Source: an uncultured Actinomycetota bacterium
GTDB taxonomy: Bacteria > Actinomycetota > Actinomycetes > JAFAQI01
Assembly: GCA_963789615.1 (NCBI GenBank)
Contig: CAWBLI010000001.1
Span: forward strand, 308,685 to 372,684
Length of the DNA: 64,000 nt
Reading direction: 5' to 3'
The notes beneath the pieces are model-generated. The model had not been told where the DNA came from, ran no database searches, and worked only from the letters and a program-made list of their open reading frames with translations. Numbering within the stretch: position 1 is the stretch's first letter; each line of letters opens with the position of its first letter. Below are positions 10,328-18,745 of this stretch, one piece after another. A program made the translations under genes and the position numbers.

Positions 10328-11050
10328 CGGCCCGTCGGCTCCGCTCTCGCCAGGTGGGTGACGGTGCCGTCGCGAACCAGAACCTCCCGGTCCGCGTACG
10401 CCGCCACCCGGGCGTCATGAGTGACGATCACGATCGTGGTGCCCCGATGACGAGCGACATCGACCAGCAGATTCATGACGGCTTCCCCGGTCAGCGAGTC
10501 CAGGGAGCCGGTGGGCTCGTCAGCGAACACCACCTTGGGCCCGGCGACCAGTGCCCGAGCCACCGCGACCCGCTGCGCCTCACCCCCGGAGAGCTCACCC
10601 ACTCGACGAGGACCCAGGTCACCGAGCCCGACGTCGCCGAGCCACGACGACGCCCCCGCATACGCCCGCTTGCGGCTCGACCCGTTCAACAGCAGCGGCA
10701 ACGCGACGTTGTCCGCCGCGGTGAGCTCCGGGACCAGCTGACCGAACTGGAACACGAACCCGAAGTCGGTGCGGCGCAGGCTCGTGCGCGCCGCGTCATC
10801 CAACGAGTCCAGTCGTGCTCCGGCGAACCACACCTCGCCCTGATCGGGGCGATAGATGCCCGCCAGGCAGTGCAGCAGCGTCGACTTGCCGGAGCCGCTC
10901 GGCCCCATCACCGCCACGATCTCAGCCTGCCGTGACGCTCAGGCTCGCGTCACGCAGCGCCGGCGTCTTGCCGAAGAACCTGACCAGTCCGCGCGCCTCC
11001 AGCAGCGGCGCCGCGACCACCTCCGGGGCGAGGCCACGCGAGACGCTCAC
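10324..11050 (-). pseudogene. ABC transporter ATP-binding protein; one frame break before Walker A
   Basis: ORF 10324..10917 holds Walker A GPSGSGKST, LSGGEAQR and Walker B VVFADEPTG. Upstream, VSVSRGLAPEVVAAPLLEARGLVRFFGKTPALRDASLSVTAG is followed by TGA. Removing one T (plus-strand base 10924) restores TAGEIVAVMGPSGSGKST. The GTG start overlaps the PadR stop (GTGA). Confidence 0.85.
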
Positions 11051-11589
11051 GATGACGCCACCAGGTGCGCCAGCGGACCGATTCGAGCCGCAGTCGTGTC
11101 GATCCAGCGCAGGTCAGCCTCCAGGTGGAACAACCCGTGATCGGCCAGCAGCGCGTCCACCAGCTCACCGGTGCGTTTGATCTCCGTCAGCTCGCGCATC
11201 CGGTCGAGGTGCGCCGCACGCTGCTTGTCCAGATAGGCCTCGGCCGACCGGCCCAACATCAACGACAGCACCACCTTGCTGAACAGGACGGTCTGCAGGT
11301 GGGGCTCGGCCTCAACCGGCTCAGCCAGCCAGCGGTCGACGTCGTTGCTCCCCGCCTCGGTAATCTCGTACCGCTTGCGGTCCGGCCCGTCTCCCGGTTC
11401 TGGGGCCCCCTGCGCCACCTTGCCGTCCCGCGCCAGACGCCCGAGCGTGGAATAGACCTGACCGAACGGCAGCGGCCGATCCCGGCCGAAGTAGAGGTCG
11501 TAATCCCGCTTCAGGTCATAGCCATGACTCGGTTCGCGCTCCAACAGCCCCAGCAAGGTCAACGGGACGCTCATGAGCGCGAGTATCAC
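11047..11589 (-). CDS. PadR-family transcriptional regulator
   Basis: MSVPLTLLGLLEREPSHGYDLKRDYDLYFG...PFGQVYSTLGRLARDGKV is a typical PadR wHTH. It is the first gene of the PadR-ABC-FtsX operon. The start may be the internal ATG at 11574. Confidence 0.85.
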   Translation of the reverse strand: MILALMSVPLTLLGLLEREPSHGYDLKRDYDLYFGRDRPLPFGQVYSTLGRLARDGKVAQGAPEPGDGPDRKRYEITEAGSNDVDRWLAEPVEAEPHLQTVLFSKVVLSLMLGRSAEAYLDKQRAAHLDRMRELTEIKRTGELVDALLADHGLFHLEADLRWIDTTAARIGPLAHLVASS

Positions 11590-11971
11590 CCCGAGGTATA
11601 CACAACGTCAATAGTGTCCCGCCGCGCTGCCGACGCGCCTGCGGTCTGTTAGCCGTCGTTCCGCGCCACGTCACGGACCGGAGACCTCATGAATCTCGCG
11701 CAGATCACGATCATCGGGAACCTCACACCAGCGAGCCGGAGAGCCGCGTCGTCGCGGATGGCCGGCTGCGGAGCCGGTTCTGGGTCGCGGCTGCCGCGGT
11801 CGGGCTCCTTAAGGAGTCCCGTCTCACGATTTTCGCTGGCGACCGGCACAAGTCGATCCACCTGTCGCGGATCCAGAACGTCGTCGTCCTGCCCAGCGAC
11901 AGTTGCAGCAACGGCCCCCGATCGTCGAAGGCTGCCCCCGTGGGCCGGCCGCGTGAGTGTCGAGTCGTCGG

Positions 11972-12895
11972 TCAGGGGGTGAGGATGTCCGCGCCGTACG
12001 GCTGGAGTGCTCGTGAGTAGCTCGTCGTTGCGGTGGTGACGTTGACCAACGTGGTGCCGCCCCACTGTTCAGGGTTGACGGCGAGGGTGTCGCCGCTGGT
12101 CCCCCACGACATCTGAGTCGTGTCTCCCACATCCGGCAGGGTGCGATGGACGCCGCCGTGCGCGACAGGTCGCAAGCTCAGGGCGGAGTTCCCGTTCGGT
12201 GCCTCGAGCGACACCGCCAGGGTGCGACCGTCGGGCGAGACGGCCACCGCGGTGACAGTGCCATGGGTCACGGGCACGACGACGGTCGGCTTGACCGCGA
12301 CCTGCTCGACCTGCGTGGTTGCGGTCAGCGGGCTGGGCCCGGCATTGCGGGTGAGGGCGACATAGGGTGCCGCGGTTCCGGCGACGGTGAGGCCGGTGAT
12401 CTGCCAGCCGGCTGGTGCCGTGAAGATCCGGTGGTCCCCGGTCGCGCTGATCGAGACCTCGCGGACCGTGGCGCCGCTGACGTAGTAGACCTCGGGGCCC
12501 TTCGCCGCGTTGATGACCGGCCCGCGGTTGCCGAGAGCCCACGCGGTCAGCCACTGCAAGCGCCGGGTCGTGGTGTTGTAGGCGAACAGACGTGAGTTGT
12601 CGGTCGTGTCGTGCTGGTCACCGCGGAACGTGCCGACGACCCACGCGCCGACAGCAGCGTTGGGTGTCAGGTAGAAGCGTCGCCACCACACCGGGGACGG
12701 CTCGGTCGCCAGCCTGGCGGCCTGTGCCCGGCCGCCGGTGACGGTGACCCTGACCAGGTCGCCGCGGGCATCGTTGGCGTAGAAGCTCATCCCGGATGGG
12801 GCGTGAGCGTGGTGCGCGGGAGTCGCTGAGACGGCGGCCGGCAGCATCAGCCCAGCCAGCGTCACGACTGCCAGCGTCGTCGTACGGATCCGCAT
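11972..12895 (-). CDS. Secreted hypothetical protein (possibly beta-propeller-like)
   Basis: Start set at MRIRTTTLAVVTLAGLMLPAAVSATPA (signal peptide). Repetitive beta-strand-like content (VTVTGG, VAVSPDGRTLAV). No recognisable catalytic motif. Confidence 0.6.
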   Translation of the reverse strand: MRIRTTTLAVVTLAGLMLPAAVSATPAHHAHAPSGMSFYANDARGDLVRVTVTGGRAQAARLATEPSPVWWRRFYLTPNAAVGAWVVGTFRGDQHDTTDNSRLFAYNTTTRRLQWLTAWALGNRGPVINAAKGPEVYYVSGATVREVSISATGDHRIFTAPAGWQITGLTVAGTAAPYVALTRNAGPSPLTATTQVEQVAVKPTVVVPVTHGTVTAVAVSPDGRTLAVSLEAPNGNSALSLRPVAHGGVHRTLPDVGDTTQMSWGTSGDTLAVNPEQWGGTTLVNVTTATTSYSRALQPYGADILTP

Positions 12896-13042
12896 GTCGC
12901 CCCTCTGCGCTGGTTCCGGGCCGGTGTTTTCAAGATCATCGACGTCCGGTTTCGGCGACCATTGACCCAAACGGCGCATCATGATCATTTCTTGCGTGAG
13001 CGGTGGTCCGGGTACGTCGGTCGGGGCGGCGACCGCGCGGCG

Positions 13043-14602
13043 CTACGTGGTGGCCGGGTCCGAGCTGACGGCCCCGGCCGCCGCTGGCGGGTGCTGCTCG
13101 AGGCCGGTGGTGGCGGGCTCGATGAGGTCCAGTCCGGCGTGGTACACCGCCACCGTCGCCTTGCCGGCGCGTTTGGCGGCGTAGAGCGCAAGATCGGCGC
13201 GCTTGAGCATCTCGGTGGCACTCACGGACGGGTCCTCGGCACGCATCACGGCGATCCCGATGCTGGCCCGGACCGGGATGTCGCAGGAACCGAGCCGGAC
13301 CGGGGCATCTAATGCGGCGAGCAGGCGGGCGCCAAGCGCGACCGCGTCGCCGGCGTCCTCCATCAGGACGGTGAACTCATCACCACCGAGTCGCGCCACG
13401 GTGTCGCCGCGACGGGCGGTGGCTAGCAGCCGCTCACTGACCCGGACCAGCAGCTCATCGCCGGCGGGGTGACCGAGCGTGTCGTTGACGTGCTTGAACT
13501 CGTCGAGATCGATCAGCAGTAGTGCCAGTGGCCGCATGTCCCGACGGTGCAGATCCAGGGCATGGATGAGCCGGTCGTTGAACAATGCCCGGTTCGCCAG
13601 ACCGGTGAGCACGTCGTGGAACGCCTGATGGGTGATCCGGGCGACCAGGAGCCGGTTATCCAGCAGGACCAGGATCTGACGGGTCACCAGCATCGCGATC
13701 ACGATCGCGGCTCCGACGACGATCGCGTCATCCGCCGGCTGGGAGCCGCGAAGCCGCCACAGCGAGACGACGAGTGCGAGGGTCGCGGGCAGGTACGGCA
13801 GCAGCAGCGCGGTACGAGGCGGCGCGTCGAGACCCGACCCTTGCTGTTCGGACGACGCCGTGTCGAACCAGGCGGCCAGCGCCAGCACCAGAAACCCGGC
13901 GACCCAGCCGACGTCGATCAGGTTGCCGGTGGCATAGCGACCTGACGCGGTGAGGTACGCGAACCCGCTATCCGCCACCGAGAGCCCGATCAGCCCCGAC
14001 GCCACCCAGAGCAGCCCGGCCCGCGATCCGGTCCGGGCGTAGGCGACGACGATCACGGCCACGGTCAGCACGATCACGTCGCTGGCCGGGTAGGCGAGGC
14101 TGACCACGGTGGCCAGCGTCGAGTCGCCACCGGCCCGGTAGACCGCACCCAGCGCGGTCGCCCAGCTCAACACGAACAGGGACGCGGCGACCAGCACCCC
14201 GTCTAGACCGATCCGCAGCCGGCCCTTACCGTCGAACGCGCGGCTCGGCCGGATCAGGATGCCGATCAAGGCGAGCGGCGGTAACAACAGGTAGCCCACG
14301 TCGGCGGCTGACGGAAACGGCGTCGCTCGATTCGCGATCACCTCGTAGTACGTCCACACGCCCTGCCCCGCCCCCCAGCAAGCCAACCCGGACGCGATCA
14401 AGACCCACGAGGTCCGCAGTCGCCACCGGGCGCGACGCGCCCGCAGCGCCGCCGCTAGCGATGCGCCACCCGCCGCAAGCAACTGCGCCAGATCATCGGC
14501 ATCACGCGTCAGGTGAACGCCGCCAGGCTGCATCCGAAGATCCACGACGAAACCGGCCAGGACGACCGCAACGACAGCCAGCAGCACCCGAGGTCGCCTC
14601 AC
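13043..14602 (-). CDS. Membrane-anchored diguanylate cyclase (GGDEF domain)
   Basis: About 300 aa of multiple TM helices, then LTGLANRALF...LLLIDLDEFKHVNDTLGHPAGDELL...RLGGDEFTVL...SIGIA...ADLALYAAK. Confidence 0.9.
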   Translation of the reverse strand: MRRPRVLLAVVAVVLAGFVVDLRMQPGGVHLTRDADDLAQLLAAGGASLAAALRARRARWRLRTSWVLIASGLACWGAGQGVWTYYEVIANRATPFPSAADVGYLLLPPLALIGILIRPSRAFDGKGRLRIGLDGVLVAASLFVLSWATALGAVYRAGGDSTLATVVSLAYPASDVIVLTVAVIVVAYARTGSRAGLLWVASGLIGLSVADSGFAYLTASGRYATGNLIDVGWVAGFLVLALAAWFDTASSEQQGSGLDAPPRTALLLPYLPATLALVVSLWRLRGSQPADDAIVVGAAIVIAMLVTRQILVLLDNRLLVARITHQAFHDVLTGLANRALFNDRLIHALDLHRRDMRPLALLLIDLDEFKHVNDTLGHPAGDELLVRVSERLLATARRGDTVARLGGDEFTVLMEDAGDAVALGARLLAALDAPVRLGSCDIPVRASIGIAVMRAEDPSVSATEMLKRADLALYAAKRAGKATVAVYHAGLDLIEPATTGLEQHPPAAAGAVSSDPATT

Positions 14603-15287
14603 GGCCCCTTACATCGGCGCTAGCACCCCAAACATTGACACACAAGGACAACCGTCCCAAAGGCCACCGAGGTCCGCGGGTTCCCCACGATCCCCCACCG
14701 ACGACAGCCGGATGCCGGCCGGCTACGCCGGGCATCACTGTGACGCCGGCCGCAGGGCCGCCTCGCCGCTCCACCGAACAGCCGCTCAGGCTCGCGAACC
14801 GACGGCGCGAGGCGCAGGCACGGCTCCGGCAACGGACATGCGAGCCATCGTGGCCGACCTTCGCTCCCCGCTGCCGCTTGCCTCACCAACCGCAGGGTGA
14901 CGTTGACGCCCACACCGTCGAGCCGTCATCACAGCGAACCAAGATGAGGATTGCCGCGGGGCAACCTGTCAACCGGCTGTGGACGGCGCCGCGCAACAGC
15001 CAGGGGCCCGAACGGCAGAGGACGGGCGTGTACTAGGTCTAGGCATAGGCCCGTCGCGCGGAAGCCGGCGAGTCCAGTAAGTGCAGGCCTCTGACCTGCG
15101 TGTTTACGAGGTGGCGGGAGTTCTCCAGGCCGGTCGTCGTTGGCCAGCCTAGGCGCTGCCCGCATGGCCGACCTGCTCGAGCCTGCTCGGCGCGCTGAGC
15201 TGGCAGGGCTGCGCTGGGCACCGTCACCATCGCGGCAATGTCCTGAATCGCCGATATCGGGCAGGAGTTCGGCTCTCTGCGCCGAAG

Positions 15288-15303
15288 TGTGACAGAGATC
15301 ACA
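15288..15303. promoter_or_regulatory. Perfect CRP/FNR-family consensus palindrome TGTGA-N6-TCACA
   Basis: The sequence tgtgacagagatcaca reads directly at 15288..15303, 18 nt upstream of ATG 15321 and just before the GGAGG RBS. Confidence 0.35.
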
Positions 15304-15320
15304 TGGGCTGAGGAGGCGCG

Positions 15321-16084
15321 ATGGGATTCCGGGCCGGCCGAGGGGCGCTGGGGGTGACGGTGACAGCGGGGATCGTCGTTGCGGGCGGGCTCGCCGCCGG
15401 GGCTCCGGCCGCGGCCGCGACCGGTCGCGTGCACCCGGGACGACCGTGACCGTGTCGTCCAACAGCTGCGAGGTCGGCTTCCTGCTGCGGCAGCGGAAGA
15501 AGGTCTATGCCGCTGATCCCTGCCTCGTGTCTGGGCACGGACGGTGGCAGCGGCGGCAACGGGTGCGCGGAGTCGCAGGCGCCACGCGGTCACCGGCGAC
15601 GATCGCCGGTGCCCGGCGGCGGCCCATGTGGTGTACAGCTCGTTCACGCGGATGCAGCGCAGTGGTACGGCGTCGGCCGACGCCTGCGCCGGGAACAACC
15701 TGGCGCTGTTCCGACTCGCTCGGTAGACGCCCGACGGGCTCGCGGCGAGATCCCGGGCTCGATGTCGGTCACCGGCGTCGCGCGGTCGGCACCCCGCTCA
15801 GGGACGACGCTGGGGGTCTACCTCGGCGTCGGCGAGCTCGGGACGTGCAGGGTCGACCGGACAGCGCGTGGCTGGCGGCAGGAGGTGACGGTTGAAGGAC
15901 ATGGTCGCCGCATCGAACCTCGGAGCGCCGGCGGTGACGTCCAGCGGCCGGGCCGTCGGCATGATCGCGCAGATCCCCGCCGATGGCCGGGGTGGGTGCT
16001 TCCGAGGTGACGAGCCTGGCGAAGGAGCTCCGGTACCTCCGTCGGGTGCACGCCTTTCGTCGCCTGCGCCTGATGACCCGCTGA
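15321..16084 (+). pseudogene. Secreted trypsin-fold (S1-like) protein remnant, multiple frame changes (tentative)
   Basis: GGAGG RBS plus the signal-like MGFRAGRGALGVTVTAGIVVAGGLAAGAPAAAA. Later pieces are scattered over three frames: SCEVGFLLRQ.KKVY, NNLALFRLA, GAPAVTSSGRAVGMIAQIP, EVTSLAKELRYLRRVHAFRRLRLMTR*. No clean His or GDSG motif was found. Confidence 0.3.
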
Positions 16085-16111
16085 GCGGGGTAGCGGGTTA
16101 GGCGCGACGGG

Positions 16112-16851
16112 TCAGGAGGACAGTAGCGGGGTCAGCTGCGCGTCGGTCAGCCGGCGGAACAGCCGGCGCTGCGGGTCCGGTCGAGGACTGCTACCTCGAG
16201 CTGCGCGGCGCCGATCTCCCGGGGCTCGCCCTCGGACGTCGCGAGGCCGCGAACCGCGAGCTGCACCCCTTCGGCCAGCGACATGCCTTCGTTGTGACCC
16301 TCGCGCACCGTGGCGCCGATGGTCTCGGCGGACCCGCCCATGACGACGACGTCCTTCTCGTCCCCCACGCTGCCGTCGTACGTCAGCCGGTAGAGCTGGT
16401 CGTCCGCGGCGGTCTCTCCGACCTCGGCAACCGTGATCTCGACCTCGAACGGCTTCTCGCCGCCACTGGAGAAGATGGTGCCGAGGATCTGGGCGTAGGT
16501 GTTGGCCAGCGCCCGGCCGGTGACGTCGCTTCGGTCGTAGGAGTAGCCGCGGAGGTCGGCCATCCGCACTCCCGCGACCCGCAGGTTCTCGAACTCGTTG
16601 TACTTCCCGACCGCCGCGAAGGCGATCCGGTCGTAGATCTCGGAGATCTTGTGCAGCGCGGAGCTGGGATTCTCCGCGACGAACAAGATGCCGTCGGCGT
16701 AGGTCATGACGAGGACGGCGCGACCGCGTGCAATGCCCTTCCGGGCGTAGTCGGCGCGGTCCTTCATCACCTGCTCGGGTGAGACGTAACCGAACGGCAT
16801 CGTCACTGTGAAGCTCGCTCCCTCGGTGATGGTGATGGGTACGCCGCTCAT
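16112..16851 (-). pseudogene. prcA: Proteasome alpha subunit PrcA; single frame break about 50 nt before the stop
   Basis: [72 protein letters not shown]...[10 protein letters not shown]. The ORF then reads SAGCSAG*. One base away, the conserved tail [18 protein letters not shown] is in frame (stop at 16112). The start overlaps the prcB stop (ATGA). An alternative start is ATG 16803. Confidence 0.9.
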
Positions 16852-17708
16852 CGCATCGACGCGATCGGTCCGCCGGGGCTGCTCATCCGCTCCTGCACGA
16901 CGGCCTCGGTGAGCTGGGCGACGTCGTCGTCGTCGAGCCGGCGGAAGCCGTCGGCGGTCACGCTGGTGATGACGGGATAGATCCGGCGGGTCAGGTCCGG
17001 GCCACCGGTCGCGCTGTCGTCGTCGGCCGCGTCGTACAGCGCGTGGATGACGGCCAGCACGGCGTCGTCCTCGGTGAAGTCGTCGCGGTAGAGCTTTTTC
17101 AGGGCGCCGCGGGCGAAGACGCTGCCGGAGCCGACCGAGTGGAAGCTGTGCTCCTCGTAGCGACCGCCGGTGACGTCGTAGGAGAAGATCCGGCCGGCCT
17201 TCGCGGGGTCGTCCACCGTGAGGTCGTATCCGGCGAACAGCGGCACGACGGCGAGACCCTGCATCGCCATCGGCAGGTTGTTGCGGATCAGCAGGCTGAG
17301 CCGGTTGGCCTTGCCATCGAGGCTGAGCGTGGTGCCCTCGATCTTCTCGTAGTGCTCGAGCTCGACCTGGAACAGCCGCACCATCTCGACCGCGATCCCG
17401 GCCGTGCCGGCGATGGCGACAGCGGAGTACTCGTCGGCCTGGAAGACCTTCTCGATGTCGCGCTGCGCGATCAGGTTGCCCATCGTGGCCCGACGGTCAC
17501 CGGCCATGACGACCCCGGTGCTGTGGACGATCGCAACGACGGTCGTCCCGTGCGGTGCCTCGATGCCTGCCATGGTGCCTCCCAGCATGGCCTCGGCGCG
17601 CTTGCCGGGAAGCAGGTCGGGGGCCTGCCGGGCCAGGAAGTCGCTGAACGAGCTGGTGCCCGGCGAGAAGAACGCCGGGGGAAGAGTCGTGCCGTCGGAG
17701 AGGTCCAC
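16848..17708 (-). CDS. prcB: Proteasome beta subunit PrcB (with propeptide)
   Basis: Propeptide, then the [23 protein letters not shown] Thr1 processing site. GTG start. Intact 286 aa. Confidence 0.95.
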   Translation of the reverse strand: MDLSDGTTLPPAFFSPGTSSFSDFLARQAPDLLPGKRAEAMLGGTMAGIEAPHGTTVVAIVHSTGVVMAGDRRATMGNLIAQRDIEKVFQADEYSAVAIAGTAGIAVEMVRLFQVELEHYEKIEGTTLSLDGKANRLSLLIRNNLPMAMQGLAVVPLFAGYDLTVDDPAKAGRIFSYDVTGGRYEEHSFHSVGSGSVFARGALKKLYRDDFTEDDAVLAVIHALYDAADDDSATGGPDLTRRIYPVITSVTADGFRRLDDDDVAQLTEAVVQERMSSPGGPIASMR

Positions 17709-17762
17709 CCGATCAGCCTGTCATGACGGAGGCCTCGATGCGCGGCAGGGTTCGCTGACGGC

Positions 17763-18480
17763 TTACCGGCTGTGGTGCTTCGAGAGCACCTCGATGATGC
17801 AGCCTTCGACTCTCGACTCGGTCACTGTCGCACCCAGAGCGGCGAGTCGATGGCGGATGAGGTACGCCGAGAGGCCTTCGAGCACCCGCAGGCTGTCACG
17901 GACGTTTCCAAGCGCCTGGTTGCAGTTGAAACAGAGCATGCCGCGTACCATGCCCGTGGCGTGGTCGTGGTCGACGTGTCCAGGATCGGGCTTGCCGCAC
18001 CCGTCGCACTTGTCGTTCTGCTCGGACAGCATCCGGTCGACGTCTGCCTGGCCGATTCCGTATGACGCCGCAGGTGATACTCGCGCGTACTTCCGTACAG
18101 CCGAATATAGTTCTCCTTGCCTTTTGCATTGTGACAAGGCTTGCAATAGGCCGTCAGACCGTCGCTGGTGGATCGGTTGTTGGCGAACCGTTCTAGTGGC
18201 AGGGTCTGTTTGCAACGAGGGCAAAACTTGTGACCAGGTGTTGAGTTCTTGCGTCTGCGAATCACACGACCTTGCGCGGCTGCCTTGCGGTCACGGTGCT
18301 GTCGATGACGAATCGCGAAACACGGCCGGCAATAGCTGGCTCTTCATCTAACCGTTTGACCGCCGGCGGAAAATCACTAAGCGGCTTAATCAATCCGCAG
18401 TCACGACAGACCCTTCGAGCTAAGTGGCGGCTGCGTCCGACGAATCGAACATAGGGTCTATTCCCCGCCTTTCTGGACAT
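17763..18480 (-). pseudogene. Endonuclease VII-family (T4 endoVII/HNH-like) protein with two N-terminal CxxC..CxxC zinc-ribbon modules; two single-base frame breaks
   Basis: Reconstructed from three frames. Piece 1: MSRKAGNRPYVRFVGRSRHLARRVCRDCGLIKPLSDFPPAVKRLD(G)RASYCRPCFAIRHRQHRDRKAAAQGRVIRRRKNSTPGHKFCPRCKQTLPLERFANNRSTSDGLTAYCKPCHNAKGKENYIRLYGSTREYHLRR. Piece 2: YGIGQADVDRMLSEQNDKCDGCGKPDPGHVDHDHATGMVRGMLCFNCNQALGNVRDSLRVLEGLSAYL. Breaks fall near 18345 and 18062. ATG 18480 lies inside the last codons of pup. Confidence 0.75.
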
Positions 18481-18667
18481 ATCCTCTAACAAAGTCCTCG
18501 GCATTCGACTCGAGCACCGAGTCGATTTCGTCGAGAATGTCATCGACGTCATCGTCGAGTTTCTCGTGCCTTTCTTGTACGTCAGAAGTATCGATTTCCT
18601 CGATTTCCTCGACATCTTCGGTGCGTCGGGTCGAACGCTGCTGGCCGCCGTCATCGCGAGTCGCCAT
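18458..18667 (-). CDS. pup: Prokaryotic ubiquitin-like protein Pup (C-terminal GGE form)
   Basis: MATRDDGGQQRSTRRTEDVEEIEEIDTSDVQERHEKLDDDVDDILDEIDSVLESNAEDFVRGYVQKGGE. AGGAGG RBS 6 nt upstream. Sits between dop and prcB. Confidence 0.95.
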   Translation of the reverse strand: MATRDDGGQQRSTRRTEDVEEIEEIDTSDVQERHEKLDDDVDDILDEIDSVLESNAEDFVRGYVQKGGE

Positions 18668-18745
18668 CGGGTCCTCCTGGTGCGAAGTGATGCGCCGTCG
18701 TTGCTGTGACGCTACCTGTCGAATCGGAGCGCCCGGACCGAAGAG

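Noticed and set aside
10139-10934. Programmed +1 frameshifting or stop-codon recoding at the two GG-TGA-GA sites in the ABC/FtsX genes.
   Set aside because: There is no RF2-like slippery CUU-UGA context. GGC-U cannot re-pair in the +1 frame. There is no upstream internal SD at the right spacing. An indel, real or technical, is the simpler explanation.
14603-15320. A cyclic-di-AMP (ydaO-type) or other riboswitch upstream of the secreted S1-like gene.
   Set aside because: I could not find the characteristic conserved segments (e.g. the ...CCGAAUCC..ACAGCUAACCUCGUAAGCG-like 3' part), only vague resemblance at CCGAACAGCCGCTCAGG. It needs a covariance-model scan.
18262-18654. ORF 18262..18654 as an independent 130-aa gene overlapping pup.
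   Set aside because: Its first half is just an alternative frame of pup. Only the part downstream of ATG 18480 makes sense, as the N-terminus of the endonuclease VII-family gene.
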